Below are positions 1 through 9,813 of a stretch of DNA of 64,000 nt, piece by piece (position 1 is the first letter of the stretch; each line of letters begins with the position of its first letter). A model generated the notes under the pieces. That model did not search any database and had not been told where the DNA came from. It saw only the letters and a program-made list of their open reading frames with translations. Origin of the DNA: Anabaena sp. 54 (lineage in GTDB: Bacteria > Cyanobacteriota > Cyanobacteriia > Cyanobacteriales > Nostocaceae); NCBI GenBank assembly GCA_900299285.1, contig OMJF01000154.1, positions 4,306 through 68,305 on the forward strand, written 5' to 3'. The position numbers were made by a program, and so were the translations under genes.

Positions 1-1
1 A

Positions 2-334
2 GACTATGTTTGGGTTCCCGGTAGTTTTGAAGTTCCCAATGTAGCTCGTCAATTAGCAATGTCTGGCCGTTATGATGCCATAATTTGTCTTGGTGCAGTA
101 ATTAAAGGACAAACGCCACATTTTGATTATGTATCTGCTGAAGTTTCTAAAGGCATTGCTGCGGCTAGTTTCCAAACAGGAGTACCCGTGATTTTTGGGA
201 TTTTGACAACGGATACCATGCAGCAAGCTCTAGAACGGGCAGGAATTAAAAGTAATCACGGTTGGGAATATGCTATGAATGCCATAGAAATGGCCAGTCT
301 TATGCGTCAATTACGCCCCAATTTAGCAAGTTAG
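2..334 (+). CDS. ribH: 6,7-dimethyl-8-ribityllumazine synthase (5' end outside window)
   Basis: Frame is open from base 2: [12 protein letters not shown]...[28 protein letters not shown]...[20 protein letters not shown], the lumazine synthase signature. Confidence 0.95.
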   Translation, partial: DYVWVPGSFEVPNVARQLAMSGRYDAIICLGAVIKGQTPHFDYVSAEVSKGIAAASFQTGVPVIFGILTTDTMQQALERAGIKSNHGWEYAMNAIEMASLMRQLRPNLAS

Positions 335-337
335 TTA

Positions 338-379
338 GGTAATGGGTATTGGGTAATAGGTAATGGGTAATAAGTAATT
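338..379. repeat. STRR-type heptamer tandem repeat (GGTAATG-like x6)
   Basis: ggtaatg ggtattg ggtaata ggtaatg ggtaata agtaatt; typical of Nostocales intergenic DNA. Confidence 0.8.
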
Positions 380-454
380 TTTTTTCACTAAAAACTAATG
401 ACCACTGACTAATTGCACCGGAAAAAAATTTTTTAATTAATTTTAATTTAGGGG

Positions 455-483
455 TTGACAAACAAGAATAAATCTGGAATAAT
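455..483 (+). promoter_or_regulatory. sigma70-type promoter of tRNA-Gly
   Basis: TTGACA (455-460), 17-nt spacer, AATAAT (478-483) preceded by TG; 17 nt upstream of the tRNA. Confidence 0.7.
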
Positions 484-500
484 AAGATTATTGATGAGTT

Positions 501-572
501 GCGGGTATAGCTCAGTGGTAGAGCGCAACCTTGCCAAGGTTGATGTCGCGCGTTCGAATCGCGTTACCCGCT
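501..572 (+). tRNA. trnG: tRNA-Gly(GCC)
   Basis: Acceptor stem GCGGGTA/TACCCGC, D-arm AGCTCAGTGGTAGAGC, anticodon arm CAACC-TTGCCAA-GGTTG, T-loop GTTCGAATC. Confidence 0.97.
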
Positions 573-763
573 TTCTAGGTTTTTAGATTAAAATGAAATT
601 TACTGATTTTCCATCTATATCAAATCGGTATGTGATGGATTTTTAGGTTAGGAGCTTTAATAGTAGGCTTTATGGGCTACTTGGGCTTCTAGGAGTAATT
701 TTAGGTTTCCTCATACTGATTTTTGGAAAAAGTGAGGAATAATGTAAAAAACCGCTCAAGTTA

Positions 764-1183
764 TTGATCTCGCTTGTGCAACCTCAAAAACCAGATAAAA
801 TAGACCTAAACACGGAATACGCTTGTCCTTGTCGTCGCAAGGGACAGTTAATTCCCATCACGCTGACAGAAGCTTTTGGATGCGATCGCTGTCAGCAGAT
901 TTTTGTTGTAGAAGAAAATGGATATATATTAGAACAACTGTCTACAACTTATCCTTATAAGCGGGCTTGGCGCTGGAAAGGAAATAGTTGGTACGTTGTT
1001 CAACCTCCCTTAAAACGAAGCTATTTACCAATAGCGCTAGGCATTATTTTTGTGTTAGTCATTATATGGCTACCATTAACCCTGCGGTTAGCTAATAGCT
1101 CTAGTATCCTCGCTTGGGCAATGGTAGCAGTATTATTGGCAATTCTACCAGTGCTAATGATCTGGCTTACTTACAGACGTTAA
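764..1183 (+). CDS. conserved cyanobacterial membrane protein with N-terminal Cys cluster (CPC...CDRC) and two C-terminal TM helices
   Basis: ORF track; YACPCRRKG...FGCDRCQQIF and two hydrophobic segments; 4 nt upstream of the proA-like gene. Start may be a few codons downstream. Confidence 0.75.
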   Translation: MISLVQPQKPDKIDLNTEYACPCRRKGQLIPITLTEAFGCDRCQQIFVVEENGYILEQLSTTYPYKRAWRWKGNSWYVVQPPLKRSYLPIALGIIFVLVIIWLPLTLRLANSSSILAWAMVAVLLAILPVLMIWLTYRR

Positions 1184-1187
1184 CCCC

Positions 1188-2453
1188 ATGACAGATGAAG
1201 TGATTAATGATTACCCCGAACCTATGACAAGCGCCCAACGCGCTTTTCAAGCTTCTCTGAAATTGGGAATTACCAAGGGGACAGATAGGAGTCGGGCTGT
1301 GTTAGCAATGGCACAAGCCATCGAACGGGATTTTGATGAAATTCTCGAAGCTAATACCTTGGATTTAGAAGCAAGTCGAGAAATGGCAGTTCCAGAATTA
1401 ATTTTGGACTGGTTGAGACTAACCCCCTCCAGGTTGGAGAATGCAGTTAAGATTCTGCAACGGTTGGGGGAATTATCTGATCCTTTGCGACGAGTCCGAA
1501 CCGCTGACTATCAGCAGGAAGACTCCCAAAGTTATACCCAGTTAATGCCTTTAGGGGTAATTGCTTTTATTTATGAAGCTTTCCCGGATTTAGGGGCAAT
1601 TGCGGCTGGTTTTTGTCTGAAAACTGGTAATAGTATTATTCTCAAAGGGAGTACAGAAGCTAGTCATTCTAATAAAGCGATCGCTAATGCACTACAAACA
1701 GCTATTACTAAAGTCGGTTTACCAGATGGTTGTGTGGAGTTAATCACTGCTGAACATGGTGCTTCTGTGCGAGATCTAGTAACTCAAGACCAGTATTTAA
1801 GTTTAGTGATTCCTTATGGGCGTACTAGTTTAATTCAACAAGTAGTTAGACAGGCAACTTGTCCAGTTCTCAAGTCGGCTATGGGTAATTGTTACCTGTA
1901 TTGGTCTGTTAATAGTAGCTTAGAAATGGTACGCTGGATGATTATAGATAGCCATGAAAGCGAACCAGATCCAGTAAATGCCATTGAAAAAGTTTTAATT
2001 CATCGTCAAGCTTTACCATCTTCTTTATCAGTGTTATGGAGTAGCTTAAAAGAAAAAGGTTTTGAACTTAAAGGAGATGCAGAATTAGTTGCGGCTTTTC
2101 CGCAGTTACAACTAGTAAAAGATCAAGAATGGGGGACACCTTATTTAACAAAAACAGTGACTTTTAAATTGGTAGATAGTTTAGAAAGTGCGATCGCTTG
2201 GATTAACCAATATAGTAGCAGTCATGCTGATAGTATTGTTACAGAATCTTATCAAGAAAGTCGCCAATTTGCATTAGGAGTAAATAGTGCTTCCACTTAC
2301 ATTAATGCTTCCCCTCGTTTTTCCCGTCATTCCTCACGAGGAGAAACTGTATTTTTAGGAATGTCTAATCAAAAAGGACATAGAAGGGGATTTATGAGTT
2401 TAGAAACTTTAACAACAGTGAAGCATATTATTCAAGGGAATGGGCGGTTTTAG
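1188..2453 (+). CDS. proA: gamma-glutamyl phosphate reductase-like protein (divergent ProA, catalytic Cys absent)
   Basis: PLGVIAFIYEAFP, LKTGNSIILKG, LVIPYGRTSLI, GNCYLY, HADSIVTE and YINASPRF match ProA; the CNA motif reads VNA. Confidence 0.8.
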   Translation: MTDEVINDYPEPMTSAQRAFQASLKLGITKGTDRSRAVLAMAQAIERDFDEILEANTLDLEASREMAVPELILDWLRLTPSRLENAVKILQRLGELSDPLRRVRTADYQQEDSQSYTQLMPLGVIAFIYEAFPDLGAIAAGFCLKTGNSIILKGSTEASHSNKAIANALQTAITKVGLPDGCVELITAEHGASVRDLVTQDQYLSLVIPYGRTSLIQQVVRQATCPVLKSAMGNCYLYWSVNSSLEMVRWMIIDSHESEPDPVNAIEKVLIHRQALPSSLSVLWSSLKEKGFELKGDAELVAAFPQLQLVKDQEWGTPYLTKTVTFKLVDSLESAIAWINQYSSSHADSIVTESYQESRQFALGVNSASTYINASPRFSRHSSRGETVFLGMSNQKGHRRGFMSLETLTTVKHIIQGNGRF

Positions 2454-2527
2454 GGAAAATATCTGAACAATAACAATATTTACCCATTTTTCCGTAAATC
2501 AAGGTAGGATATCATATAAGTACAAGT

Positions 2528-4501
2528 ATGCTACCTACCAAGATTATGAGCCTCTGCATCAATCCTAACTGCCTACAGCCCGAAAATCCAGACAATATCC
2601 TTTTTTGTCAAGCCTGTGGTTCAGAATTGATGATACAAGGACGTTATCGGGTTATAATTGAGTTAGGACGTGGTGGTTTTGGTGTTACCTACCAGATTAA
2701 TGAAATTCGTAAAAATCAAGCCAAAGTTCTCAAAGTCCTGATTAATAATCAACCAAAAGCAATAGAATTATTTAAACAAGAAGTCGCAGTTTTAAGTCAA
2801 CTAAATCATCCGGGTATTCCCAAAGTAGAATCAGATGCTTACTTTGTCTATTTTCCCCAGGAAAGCAGAAATCCAATTCATTGTTTTGTCATGGAAAAAA
2901 TTGAGGGAATAGACTTAGAAAAATATATGCAAAACCGTAATTTGCTTCCCATTGATCAAACCTTAGCAATACACTTACTGAAAGATTTAGTTACTATTTT
3001 AGAACAGGTCCATAATCAAAACTTTTTTCATCGAGATATCAAACCATCTAACATTATGCTGAGGGCTGAAAATGCTCAACTGGTATTAATTGATTTTGGC
3101 TCAGTTAGACAAGTTACAGAAACAGTCGTTAATCAACAAGGCAAAGTTACAGCAATAGTTTCAGCCGGTTTCACACCTCCAGAACAAATTAATAATAACG
3201 CTGTACCCCAATCTGATTTTTTTGCTTTAGGACGGACATTTGTTTATTTGCTGACAGCTAGAAAACCGCTTGATCCTGCAATATATGATTCTGATAATGA
3301 GACCCTAAATTGGCGTACTCATGCACCGCAAATATCACCTATATTAGCAGATTTATTAGATGATATGATGCAGCGTTTATATAAAGATCGTCCGCAAAAT
3401 ATTAAGCAGATATCTCAGCGGTTAGCAGCTATAGAAAAAGCTTTACAACAACCTCAAATAAAACCTCAACCACAAAAAAATAAATTTACTCGGCGGGTTT
3501 TTATAAAAACGGGTTTCATAATTGGAACATTTACTGTAGCAGTAGTAGGAAAAAATATATTTAAGAATCAAAATCATAAAATAACAACACCAAAAACTAC
3601 AACTTCTATAAATAGTTCCACCCCAGAACCTACAACATCTCCAAACTCAACTCCAGAAAATACCACATCTTTCACCAAGCTGAAAACCTTTGAATTTGAA
3701 GTTGTCACCACAGACGCAAAGGGAAATATCACTAACCGACGCAACGCAACAGCAAAATACTTCACAGAAGACTTAGGAAACGGTGTTTTCTTAGAAATGG
3801 TAGAAATACCAGGGGGAAAATTTTTGATGGGTTCACCGGAAAATGAAGCGAAAAGAAGTGATAATGAAAGTCCCCAACATCAAGTTACAGTTCCTAGTTT
3901 CTGGATAGGGAAATATGAATTGACACAGGCACAATATCAAGCTATTATAGGAAATAATCCTTCTTTCTTCAAAGGCGATAACCACCCAGTTGAACAAGTT
4001 AGCTGGAATGATGCAGTTACATTCTGTCAAAAGTTAAGCCAAAGGACAGGAAAAAACTATAGATTACCAAGTGAAGCCGAATGGGAGTATGCGTGTCGTG
4101 CGGGAACAACCACACCATTTTATTTTGGTGAAAGTATTACCCCAGAATTGGTAAACTATGATGGTAATCACGTCTACTCATCTGCACCAAAAGGACAATA
4201 TCGAGAACAAACCACAGATGTAGGAAATTTTCCTCCTAACGCTTTTGGTTTGTACGATATGCACGGAAATGTCTGGGAATGGTGTCAAGACAATTTCCAT
4301 GATCATTATACAAATGCGCCTCAAGATGGTACTGCTTGGATTAGTCAAAGCGGTAATGCTAAAATGCTACGTGGTGGGTCATGGGGTGACAATCCCGATA
4401 ATTGCCGTTCTGCTTATCGCAACACCCACTACTTCGACTACAACTTCGATCTTATCGGTTTTCGAGTTGTGTGTGGTGGTGGGGTCAGGGTTTTCTGGTA
4501 G
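2528..4501 (+). CDS. Ser/Thr protein kinase fused to C-terminal FGE-sulfatase (SUMF1/CLec-fold) domain
   Basis: Kinase motifs LGRGGFG, VLK, HRDIKPSN, DFG; TM/basic linker; FGE motifs RLPSEAEWEYACRAG, NAFGLYDMHGNVWEWC, LRGGSW, GFRVV. Confidence 0.93.
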   Translation: MLPTKIMSLCINPNCLQPENPDNILFCQACGSELMIQGRYRVIIELGRGGFGVTYQINEIRKNQAKVLKVLINNQPKAIELFKQEVAVLSQLNHPGIPKVESDAYFVYFPQESRNPIHCFVMEKIEGIDLEKYMQNRNLLPIDQTLAIHLLKDLVTILEQVHNQNFFHRDIKPSNIMLRAENAQLVLIDFGSVRQVTETVVNQQGKVTAIVSAGFTPPEQINNNAVPQSDFFALGRTFVYLLTARKPLDPAIYDSDNETLNWRTHAPQISPILADLLDDMMQRLYKDRPQNIKQISQRLAAIEKALQQPQIKPQPQKNKFTRRVFIKTGFIIGTFTVAVVGKNIFKNQNHKITTPKTTTSINSSTPEPTTSPNSTPENTTSFTKLKTFEFEVVTTDAKGNITNRRNATAKYFTEDLGNGVFLEMVEIPGGKFLMGSPENEAKRSDNESPQHQVTVPSFWIGKYELTQAQYQAIIGNNPSFFKGDNHPVEQVSWNDAVTFCQKLSQRTGKNYRLPSEAEWEYACRAGTTTPFYFGESITPELVNYDGNHVYSSAPKGQYREQTTDVGNFPPNAFGLYDMHGNVWEWCQDNFHDHYTNAPQDGTAWISQSGNAKMLRGGSWGDNPDNCRSAYRNTHYFDYNFDLIGFRVVCGGGVRVFW

Positions 4502-4615
4502 CCGGTACAAAAAGCTAACATAAGCTAACAATAGCCAACTTTTTTTCCTGGTTCATTCTAGAAGTGTCGGCACTATCTAGTCCACATAGCACACATTTTC
4601 CATTTTGTCTTAATC

Positions 4616-4647
4616 AGTCCGGTCACTAGGATTGAAGTAACCGGACT
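4616..4647. terminator. hairpin between convergent kinase-FGE and desB genes
   Basis: AGTCCGGT(C)ACT...AGT(A)ACCGGACT inverted repeat. Confidence 0.55.
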
Positions 4648-4707
4648 AATTTGTGAAAGCTTTAATTCAGCCCTTTATTCCCGGTTGGAGTCTGGAATTA
4701 ACTGATT

Positions 4708-5784
4708 TTACTTGACATTCTGATTTTTAGAAGTGTAGTAAACCTTACTTCCTGTATCGGGAACAAAATGACAACTAATAGCAGAATTCCATAAAGACTT
4801 CCAAATTGGTTCTTTTGATTCGTGAAAATACTCACCCATAATTGGTTTAATTGCCTTAGTAGCTTTCAACAAATTGTAGTGAGGCATATTTAAGAAAATG
4901 TGATGGGCAACATGAGTACCGATATCATGATGAATGTGGTTAAAAATACCATAATCTCTGTCAACACTAGAAATTGCCCCTTTCAGGAAAGTCCATTCTT
5001 CTCCACGATACCAGGGAACTCCCGGTTCAGTGTGGTGTAAAAAAGTCACCAAATCCAGCCAAATGATAAAGACAATGTAAGGTCCAGCGTAGTATTTTAA
5101 TAACCACATCCAACCATATTGATAGGTCAGAAAAACTAGTAAAGCTACCATACTCATCCAAAGCGTGGTACTAGTGATAATGTCCCATTTTTCAGACGGT
5201 TTAAACAGTGGACTGCTGGGAGAAAAGTGAGAACCTTCTTTACCGGGAGAACGCTTAAACAGATACACTGGATAAGCCAATAAGAACACATAAAAACGCC
5301 CTATTTTTTGTACTAAGGGCATCTCATTGTACTCAGATTCAGAGACAGGATACCAGCTTTCATCATTTTCCAAGCTGCCTGTATTTTTGTGGTGAGTTCT
5401 GTGACTAATTCTCCAACCATGATAAGGAACGAGAATGGGAGTATGGGAGAGATGACCAACCAGATCATTCAACCATTTATACTTAGAAAAAGATTGATGT
5501 CCACAGTCATGTCCAACTACAAATAAAGCCCAAAACATAGTTCCTTGCATTAACCAGAAAACCGGCCAAAAATACCAAGAATCTAGATAATTAGCCACTG
5601 CATATAGCAGACCAATAATTAGAACATCACGAAAGAAATAAGAGAGTGATTTAGTCACATTAGGCTGAAAACATTCAGCGGGAATAGCAGCTTTTAGATC
5701 TTGAAGAGTAAAGGGTAATTTTTCTTGACCTTCAAAAGATTCCGAACTAGGTTTTTGATGGAACTGGATTGTATCTAATTGCAC
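4708..5784 (-). CDS. desB: omega-3 (delta-15) acyl-lipid desaturase
   Basis: His boxes HDCGH, HRTHH, HVAHH; LFKRSP and DRDYG motifs; GTG start. Confidence 0.93.
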   Translation of the reverse strand: MQLDTIQFHQKPSSESFEGQEKLPFTLQDLKAAIPAECFQPNVTKSLSYFFRDVLIIGLLYAVANYLDSWYFWPVFWLMQGTMFWALFVVGHDCGHQSFSKYKWLNDLVGHLSHTPILVPYHGWRISHRTHHKNTGSLENDESWYPVSESEYNEMPLVQKIGRFYVFLLAYPVYLFKRSPGKEGSHFSPSSPLFKPSEKWDIITSTTLWMSMVALLVFLTYQYGWMWLLKYYAGPYIVFIIWLDLVTFLHHTEPGVPWYRGEEWTFLKGAISSVDRDYGIFNHIHHDIGTHVAHHIFLNMPHYNLLKATKAIKPIMGEYFHESKEPIWKSLWNSAISCHFVPDTGSKVYYTSKNQNVK

Positions 5785-5938
5785 TAGATTAATTGAGTGA
5801 TTGTAAATTAGAAATTAATCCAGAGGTTATATTTAGTTACCCCTGGAAGTTAGACTTGGGAATATTGGCTGAAAAAATTGGTGATGAAAGGAGAAGTAAT
5901 TAATTCATACGTCAGAGTTCATGCCCAATATTAATATT

Positions 5939-7000
5939 TTATGATCTTTCTGCACGATATTCATCAAAAGTGACATAACCAATATCAGTTTTATATAATT
6001 GACATTGATTAGTGATTTCCTTCATTAAATCCCAGGAGAACTTATATTCTTCATGGAGATAAGGACTCCAATTTTCCTTGATACTGCTGTAAGCCAACCT
6101 TAGATTATAGGAAGGAATTGCAGTAGAAATATGATGGGGAACATGAACATTAATATCATGACAAAGAATTTCTACCCAGCGAGGATAATCACAATGAATT
6201 GTGCCAAATAGCTGTGCTAAGGCTTCATTCCATTTGTCAGCAGTGCTAAAAGGAACATCTGGAAGAGTGTGGTGAACAATAGTAAAGGTACTCATCCAAA
6301 AATGGTAAACCATCCAGGGAATAAACCAGAATTTAATAAAGCCCCAAACACCAGTTGTAATAATTAAAGTTGGGAAAACAATAGCCGCAAATAAAGCTAC
6401 CACAGCCACAGAAAGTTTAACACTAGCTTGGTCTTTTTTTTGGAAATTGCGCCAATCAAAATGGACAACAGCCCAATGTCCAATAGAACCTACCCACCAA
6501 AGACGTTGACGTAGAAACAACTCAAAAGAGGACTGTCTATTTTTAGACCAACTTGTAAAAACTTCTGTTCTAATGGGATGCCAAGCGTTATCTTCATCTA
6601 ACTTGTTAGTATGTTTATGGTGATGATTATGTTTAATCCGCCAACTGTGAAAGGGGTAAATTAGGAACATCATGAAGAAATGCCCGACTAAATCATTTAC
6701 CCAGCGACGTTGTGCAAAGGAACGATGACCACAATCATGACCAATCACAAAAAAACCCGTTAAGGCCGTTCCTGTAAAAATCCAAGCTAGGGGTAAAAGA
6801 AACCAGGGGGAAACCGCTATAAAATAATAGCCTAGTGCAGCCATAGATAAACTGATAACTACAGTTGTCCATGCTTTGCGACTATTTTTTTGAAAACATT
6901 CCTTGGGGAGACTTTTGATAATATGTTTTAGTTTGATTTCGTCCTTACCCAGGTCTGTGGAGACCGTTATTTCCCGAATCTTAATAGTTGATGTAGTCAT
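5939..7000 (-). CDS. desA: delta-12 acyl-lipid desaturase
   Basis: His boxes HDCGH, HNHHH, HVPHH; likely start MTTSTIK at 7000 (ORF track extends to 7060). Confidence 0.93.
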   Translation of the reverse strand: MTTSTIKIREITVSTDLGKDEIKLKHIIKSLPKECFQKNSRKAWTTVVISLSMAALGYYFIAVSPWFLLPLAWIFTGTALTGFFVIGHDCGHRSFAQRRWVNDLVGHFFMMFLIYPFHSWRIKHNHHHKHTNKLDEDNAWHPIRTEVFTSWSKNRQSSFELFLRQRLWWVGSIGHWAVVHFDWRNFQKKDQASVKLSVAVVALFAAIVFPTLIITTGVWGFIKFWFIPWMVYHFWMSTFTIVHHTLPDVPFSTADKWNEALAQLFGTIHCDYPRWVEILCHDINVHVPHHISTAIPSYNLRLAYSSIKENWSPYLHEEYKFSWDLMKEITNQCQLYKTDIGYVTFDEYRAERS

Positions 7001-7228
7001 GAATACCTGAAAAACAACAGAACAAGACACAGGGTTACTAAAAAAAGTAACTTCCTGCAAAGTTTTGTAACATTAATTTCTGAGATTATAGCAACTTAAC
7101 AATCATTTAGGATAGTGATTGAGAAATTAAAAATTTCCGATCAAAAATTGCCGCAGTTGCACGCAAAAAGCCAATAGTCTCAAGCCAAAATGACCATAAA
7201 ACTATTGACTTTGGGCATATAATTTGTA

Positions 7229-8044
7229 TTATGCTTTTTTGGTTGCCAGTTTTACATTTGTAGCTAGACCGAGTAATTGTAATAACTGAATGGTCATCCA
7301 AGTCAAATCAATTTCCCACCATTCTAAACCATGACGGGCGGAGTATTGAAAAGCGTGGTGATTATTGTGCCAACCTTCGCCGAAGACGAGGATAGCAACC
7401 CACCAACAGTTAGTTGATTTATCCCCGGAGTCATAAGTGCGGTAGCCAAACTTATGAGTAGCACTATTGACTAACCATGTACAGTGATAAACCCAGATAA
7501 TGCGGACAAAAATTCCCCAGACCACCATTGGCCAGTCGCCTAAGAAGTATAAGACCAAGCCCAAAGCAATTTGTAAGAAAATGAAATATTTCTGTAAAAA
7601 CTGATAAACTGGGTCATCAATAATGTCTTTAGTGAAGCGAGGAACTTGATCGTGGGCGGGGGCGAAATGAATCATCCAACCCATATGACTCCACCAGAAA
7701 CCTTGATTTGAATCATGGGGATCAGATTCAGTATCAGAATGTAAGTGGTGAATGCGGTGTGTTCCCACCCATTCAATGGGACCACCTTCACAGGATAGTG
7801 TTCCAAAAATCACCAGGAGATACTCTAGCCACTTAGGTGTTTGAAAACTGCGGTGAGTAACAAGACGGTGATATCCCAAAGTAATACCTAAACCTCCAGT
7901 TACCCAGTAAAGCAATAAAGCAACACCAACTGCATTCCAGCTAAAATTGCTAGGAACTAGAGCAAACAGAGCGCCGACGTGTAATGCAATGAAAAATAGG
8001 GTATTAACCCAATTAATGTGAGGTTTAGAAGTAGCAATTGTCAT
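7229..8044 (-). CDS. desC: delta-9 acyl-lipid desaturase
   Basis: GITLGYHRLVTHRSF, HRIHH, GEGWHNNHH motifs; first gene of a desC-desA-desB run. Confidence 0.95.
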   Translation of the reverse strand: MTIATSKPHINWVNTLFFIALHVGALFALVPSNFSWNAVGVALLLYWVTGGLGITLGYHRLVTHRSFQTPKWLEYLLVIFGTLSCEGGPIEWVGTHRIHHLHSDTESDPHDSNQGFWWSHMGWMIHFAPAHDQVPRFTKDIIDDPVYQFLQKYFIFLQIALGLVLYFLGDWPMVVWGIFVRIIWVYHCTWLVNSATHKFGYRTYDSGDKSTNCWWVAILVFGEGWHNNHHAFQYSARHGLEWWEIDLTWMTIQLLQLLGLATNVKLATKKA

Positions 8045-8127
8045 GCAGTAACCTGAATAGAAATTGTTCAGCCTAGTCTGCGCGATCCTAAAATCCGCAT
8101 ATCTATTTTATTTTTTTCAATGAGGAA

Positions 8128-9360
8128 ATGATGAACAGCTTTGAACAGCTGCGGGAAGCAGAACAGGCGCTATTAGAAATTTTTTCCGCTATTGACGCTC
8201 AGGTCAAGCATAATCTTAAAAGAGTATTAGATGCCTTTCGTGATCATCGAGTGGGAGCGCACCATTTTGCGGGCGTGAGTGGCTACGGACACGATGATTT
8301 AGGAAGAGAAACCTTAGATCAAGTTTTTGCCCAAGTAATGGGCGCTGAAGCTGCGGTGGTGCGAGTGCAGTTTGTTTCGGGAACTCATGCGATCGCTTGT
8401 GCGCTCTATGGTGTACTTCGTCCTGGTGATGAAATGTTAGCAGTGGTTGGTTCTCCCTACGATACATTGGAAGAGGTGATTGGCTTGAGGGGACAAGGCC
8501 AAGGCTCTCTTCTTGATTTTGGCATAAAATACCGCCAATTAGAACTAACTGATCAAGGAAAAATAGATTGGCAAAACTTAACCACTTGCATTACCGACAA
8601 CACAAAGTTAGTATTGATTCAACGCTCCTGCGGATATTCATGGCGGCCAAGCCTTTCTATTGCTGAAATCGAAAAAATTGTTCAGATAGTCAAACAGCAA
8701 AATCCCCACACCATTTGCTTTGTAGACAACTGCTACGGCGAATTTATAGAAACCCAAGAACCAACCCATATTGGTGCCGACCTCATAGCCGGGTCATTGA
8801 TCAAAAATCCTGGGGGTACAGTCGTGAGTGCTGGTGGTTACATAGCTGGTCGAGCCGAATTAGTAGAAGCAGCCGCTTGTAGACTGACAGCCCCTGGAAT
8901 TGGTAGCCAAGGGGGAGCGACCTTTGATCAAAACCGCCTCTTATTCCAAGGATTATTTTTAGCGCCGCAGATGGTAGGGGAAGCAATGAAAGGAACATAC
9001 CTGACGGGTTATGTATTTGACAAACTGGGTTATCCAGTCAACCCCCCACCACTAGCGCCCAGAGGAGACGTGATTCAGGCCATTAAACTTGGTTCAGCCA
9101 AAAAACTCATCGCCTTCTGCAAAGCCATACAGCAGCATTCACCCATAGGATCTTATCTAGACCCCATACCCGACGATATGCCAGGCTACGAAAGCCAAGT
9201 AGTCATGGCTGGAGGAACATTTATTGAAGGCAGTACCTTGGAACTATCGGCAGATGGACCATTGCGAGAACCTTATGTGGTTTATTGCCAGGGCGGTACA
9301 CATTGGACTCATGTATCTATAGCTTTACAAGCGGCTATTGAGGCAGTAGGGACTTTATGA
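8128..9360 (+). CDS. PLP-dependent methionine gamma-lyase / aluminium-resistance (YnbB-like) family protein
   Basis: GYGHDDLGRETLD, VSGTHAI, FVDNCYGEF, GSLIKNPGG, MAGGTFIEGST motifs. Confidence 0.88.
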   Translation: MMNSFEQLREAEQALLEIFSAIDAQVKHNLKRVLDAFRDHRVGAHHFAGVSGYGHDDLGRETLDQVFAQVMGAEAAVVRVQFVSGTHAIACALYGVLRPGDEMLAVVGSPYDTLEEVIGLRGQGQGSLLDFGIKYRQLELTDQGKIDWQNLTTCITDNTKLVLIQRSCGYSWRPSLSIAEIEKIVQIVKQQNPHTICFVDNCYGEFIETQEPTHIGADLIAGSLIKNPGGTVVSAGGYIAGRAELVEAAACRLTAPGIGSQGGATFDQNRLLFQGLFLAPQMVGEAMKGTYLTGYVFDKLGYPVNPPPLAPRGDVIQAIKLGSAKKLIAFCKAIQQHSPIGSYLDPIPDDMPGYESQVVMAGGTFIEGSTLELSADGPLREPYVVYCQGGTHWTHVSIALQAAIEAVGTL

Positions 9361-9373
9361 GGTAAGATTTTTG

Positions 9374-9400
9374 CACGCAGAGACGCAGAGGCGCAGAGAG
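9374..9400 (+). repeat. left arm of 27-bp inverted repeat (tandem CGCAGAG(G/A) units) flanking the GxxExxY gene
   Basis: CACGCAGAGACGCAGAGGCGCAGAGAG; 24/27 identical to the reverse complement of 9782-9808. Confidence 0.9.
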
Positions 9401-9778
9401 ATGATTGAGAATGAGATTTCGGGAGTTATTGTTGATGTGGCTTATAAGGTTCACAATACTTTGGGACCTGGTTTGTTGGAGTCGGTATATGAGACGGTGA
9501 TGGATGTTGAATTGAGAAGGCGAAAGTTGGAGGTGAGAAGACAGGTAATTATTCCCATCATCTATGATGGTGTGGTTTTGGAGGAAGGTTTTCGGGCTGA
9601 TTTGATAGTTGAAGACAAGGTGATTGTCGAACTCAAATCAGTGGAAAATCTCCATCCTGTACATAAAAAGCAGCTATTAACCTATCTACGTCTTGCTGAT
9701 AAAAAAGTCGGACTACTAATCAACTTTAACGTCCCACTCATCAAAGACGGTATTACACGCATAGTCAACAAACTCTAA
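9401..9778 (+). CDS. GxxExxY protein (PD-(D/E)XK_3 nuclease-like)
   Basis: GPGLLESVY motif, FRADLIVEDKVIVELKS, QLLTYL, GLLINF; ATG at 9401 directly after the repeat arm (ORF track starts at TTG 9371 inside the repeat). Confidence 0.92.
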   Translation: MIENEISGVIVDVAYKVHNTLGPGLLESVYETVMDVELRRRKLEVRRQVIIPIIYDGVVLEEGFRADLIVEDKVIVELKSVENLHPVHKKQLLTYLRLADKKVGLLINFNVPLIKDGITRIVNKL

Positions 9779-9781
9779 AAA

Positions 9782-9808
9782 CTCTCCGCGCCTCTGCGCC
9801 TCTGCGCG
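9782..9808 (-). repeat. right arm of 27-bp inverted repeat flanking the GxxExxY gene
   Basis: CTCTCCGCGCCTCTGCGCCTCTGCGCG, 3 nt after the stop codon. Confidence 0.9.
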
Positions 9809-9813
9809 AAACC

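Noticed and set aside
4708-8044. desC-desA-desB cluster as unusual
   Set aside because: Clustering of these desaturases is known in Nostocales, and all His boxes are intact.
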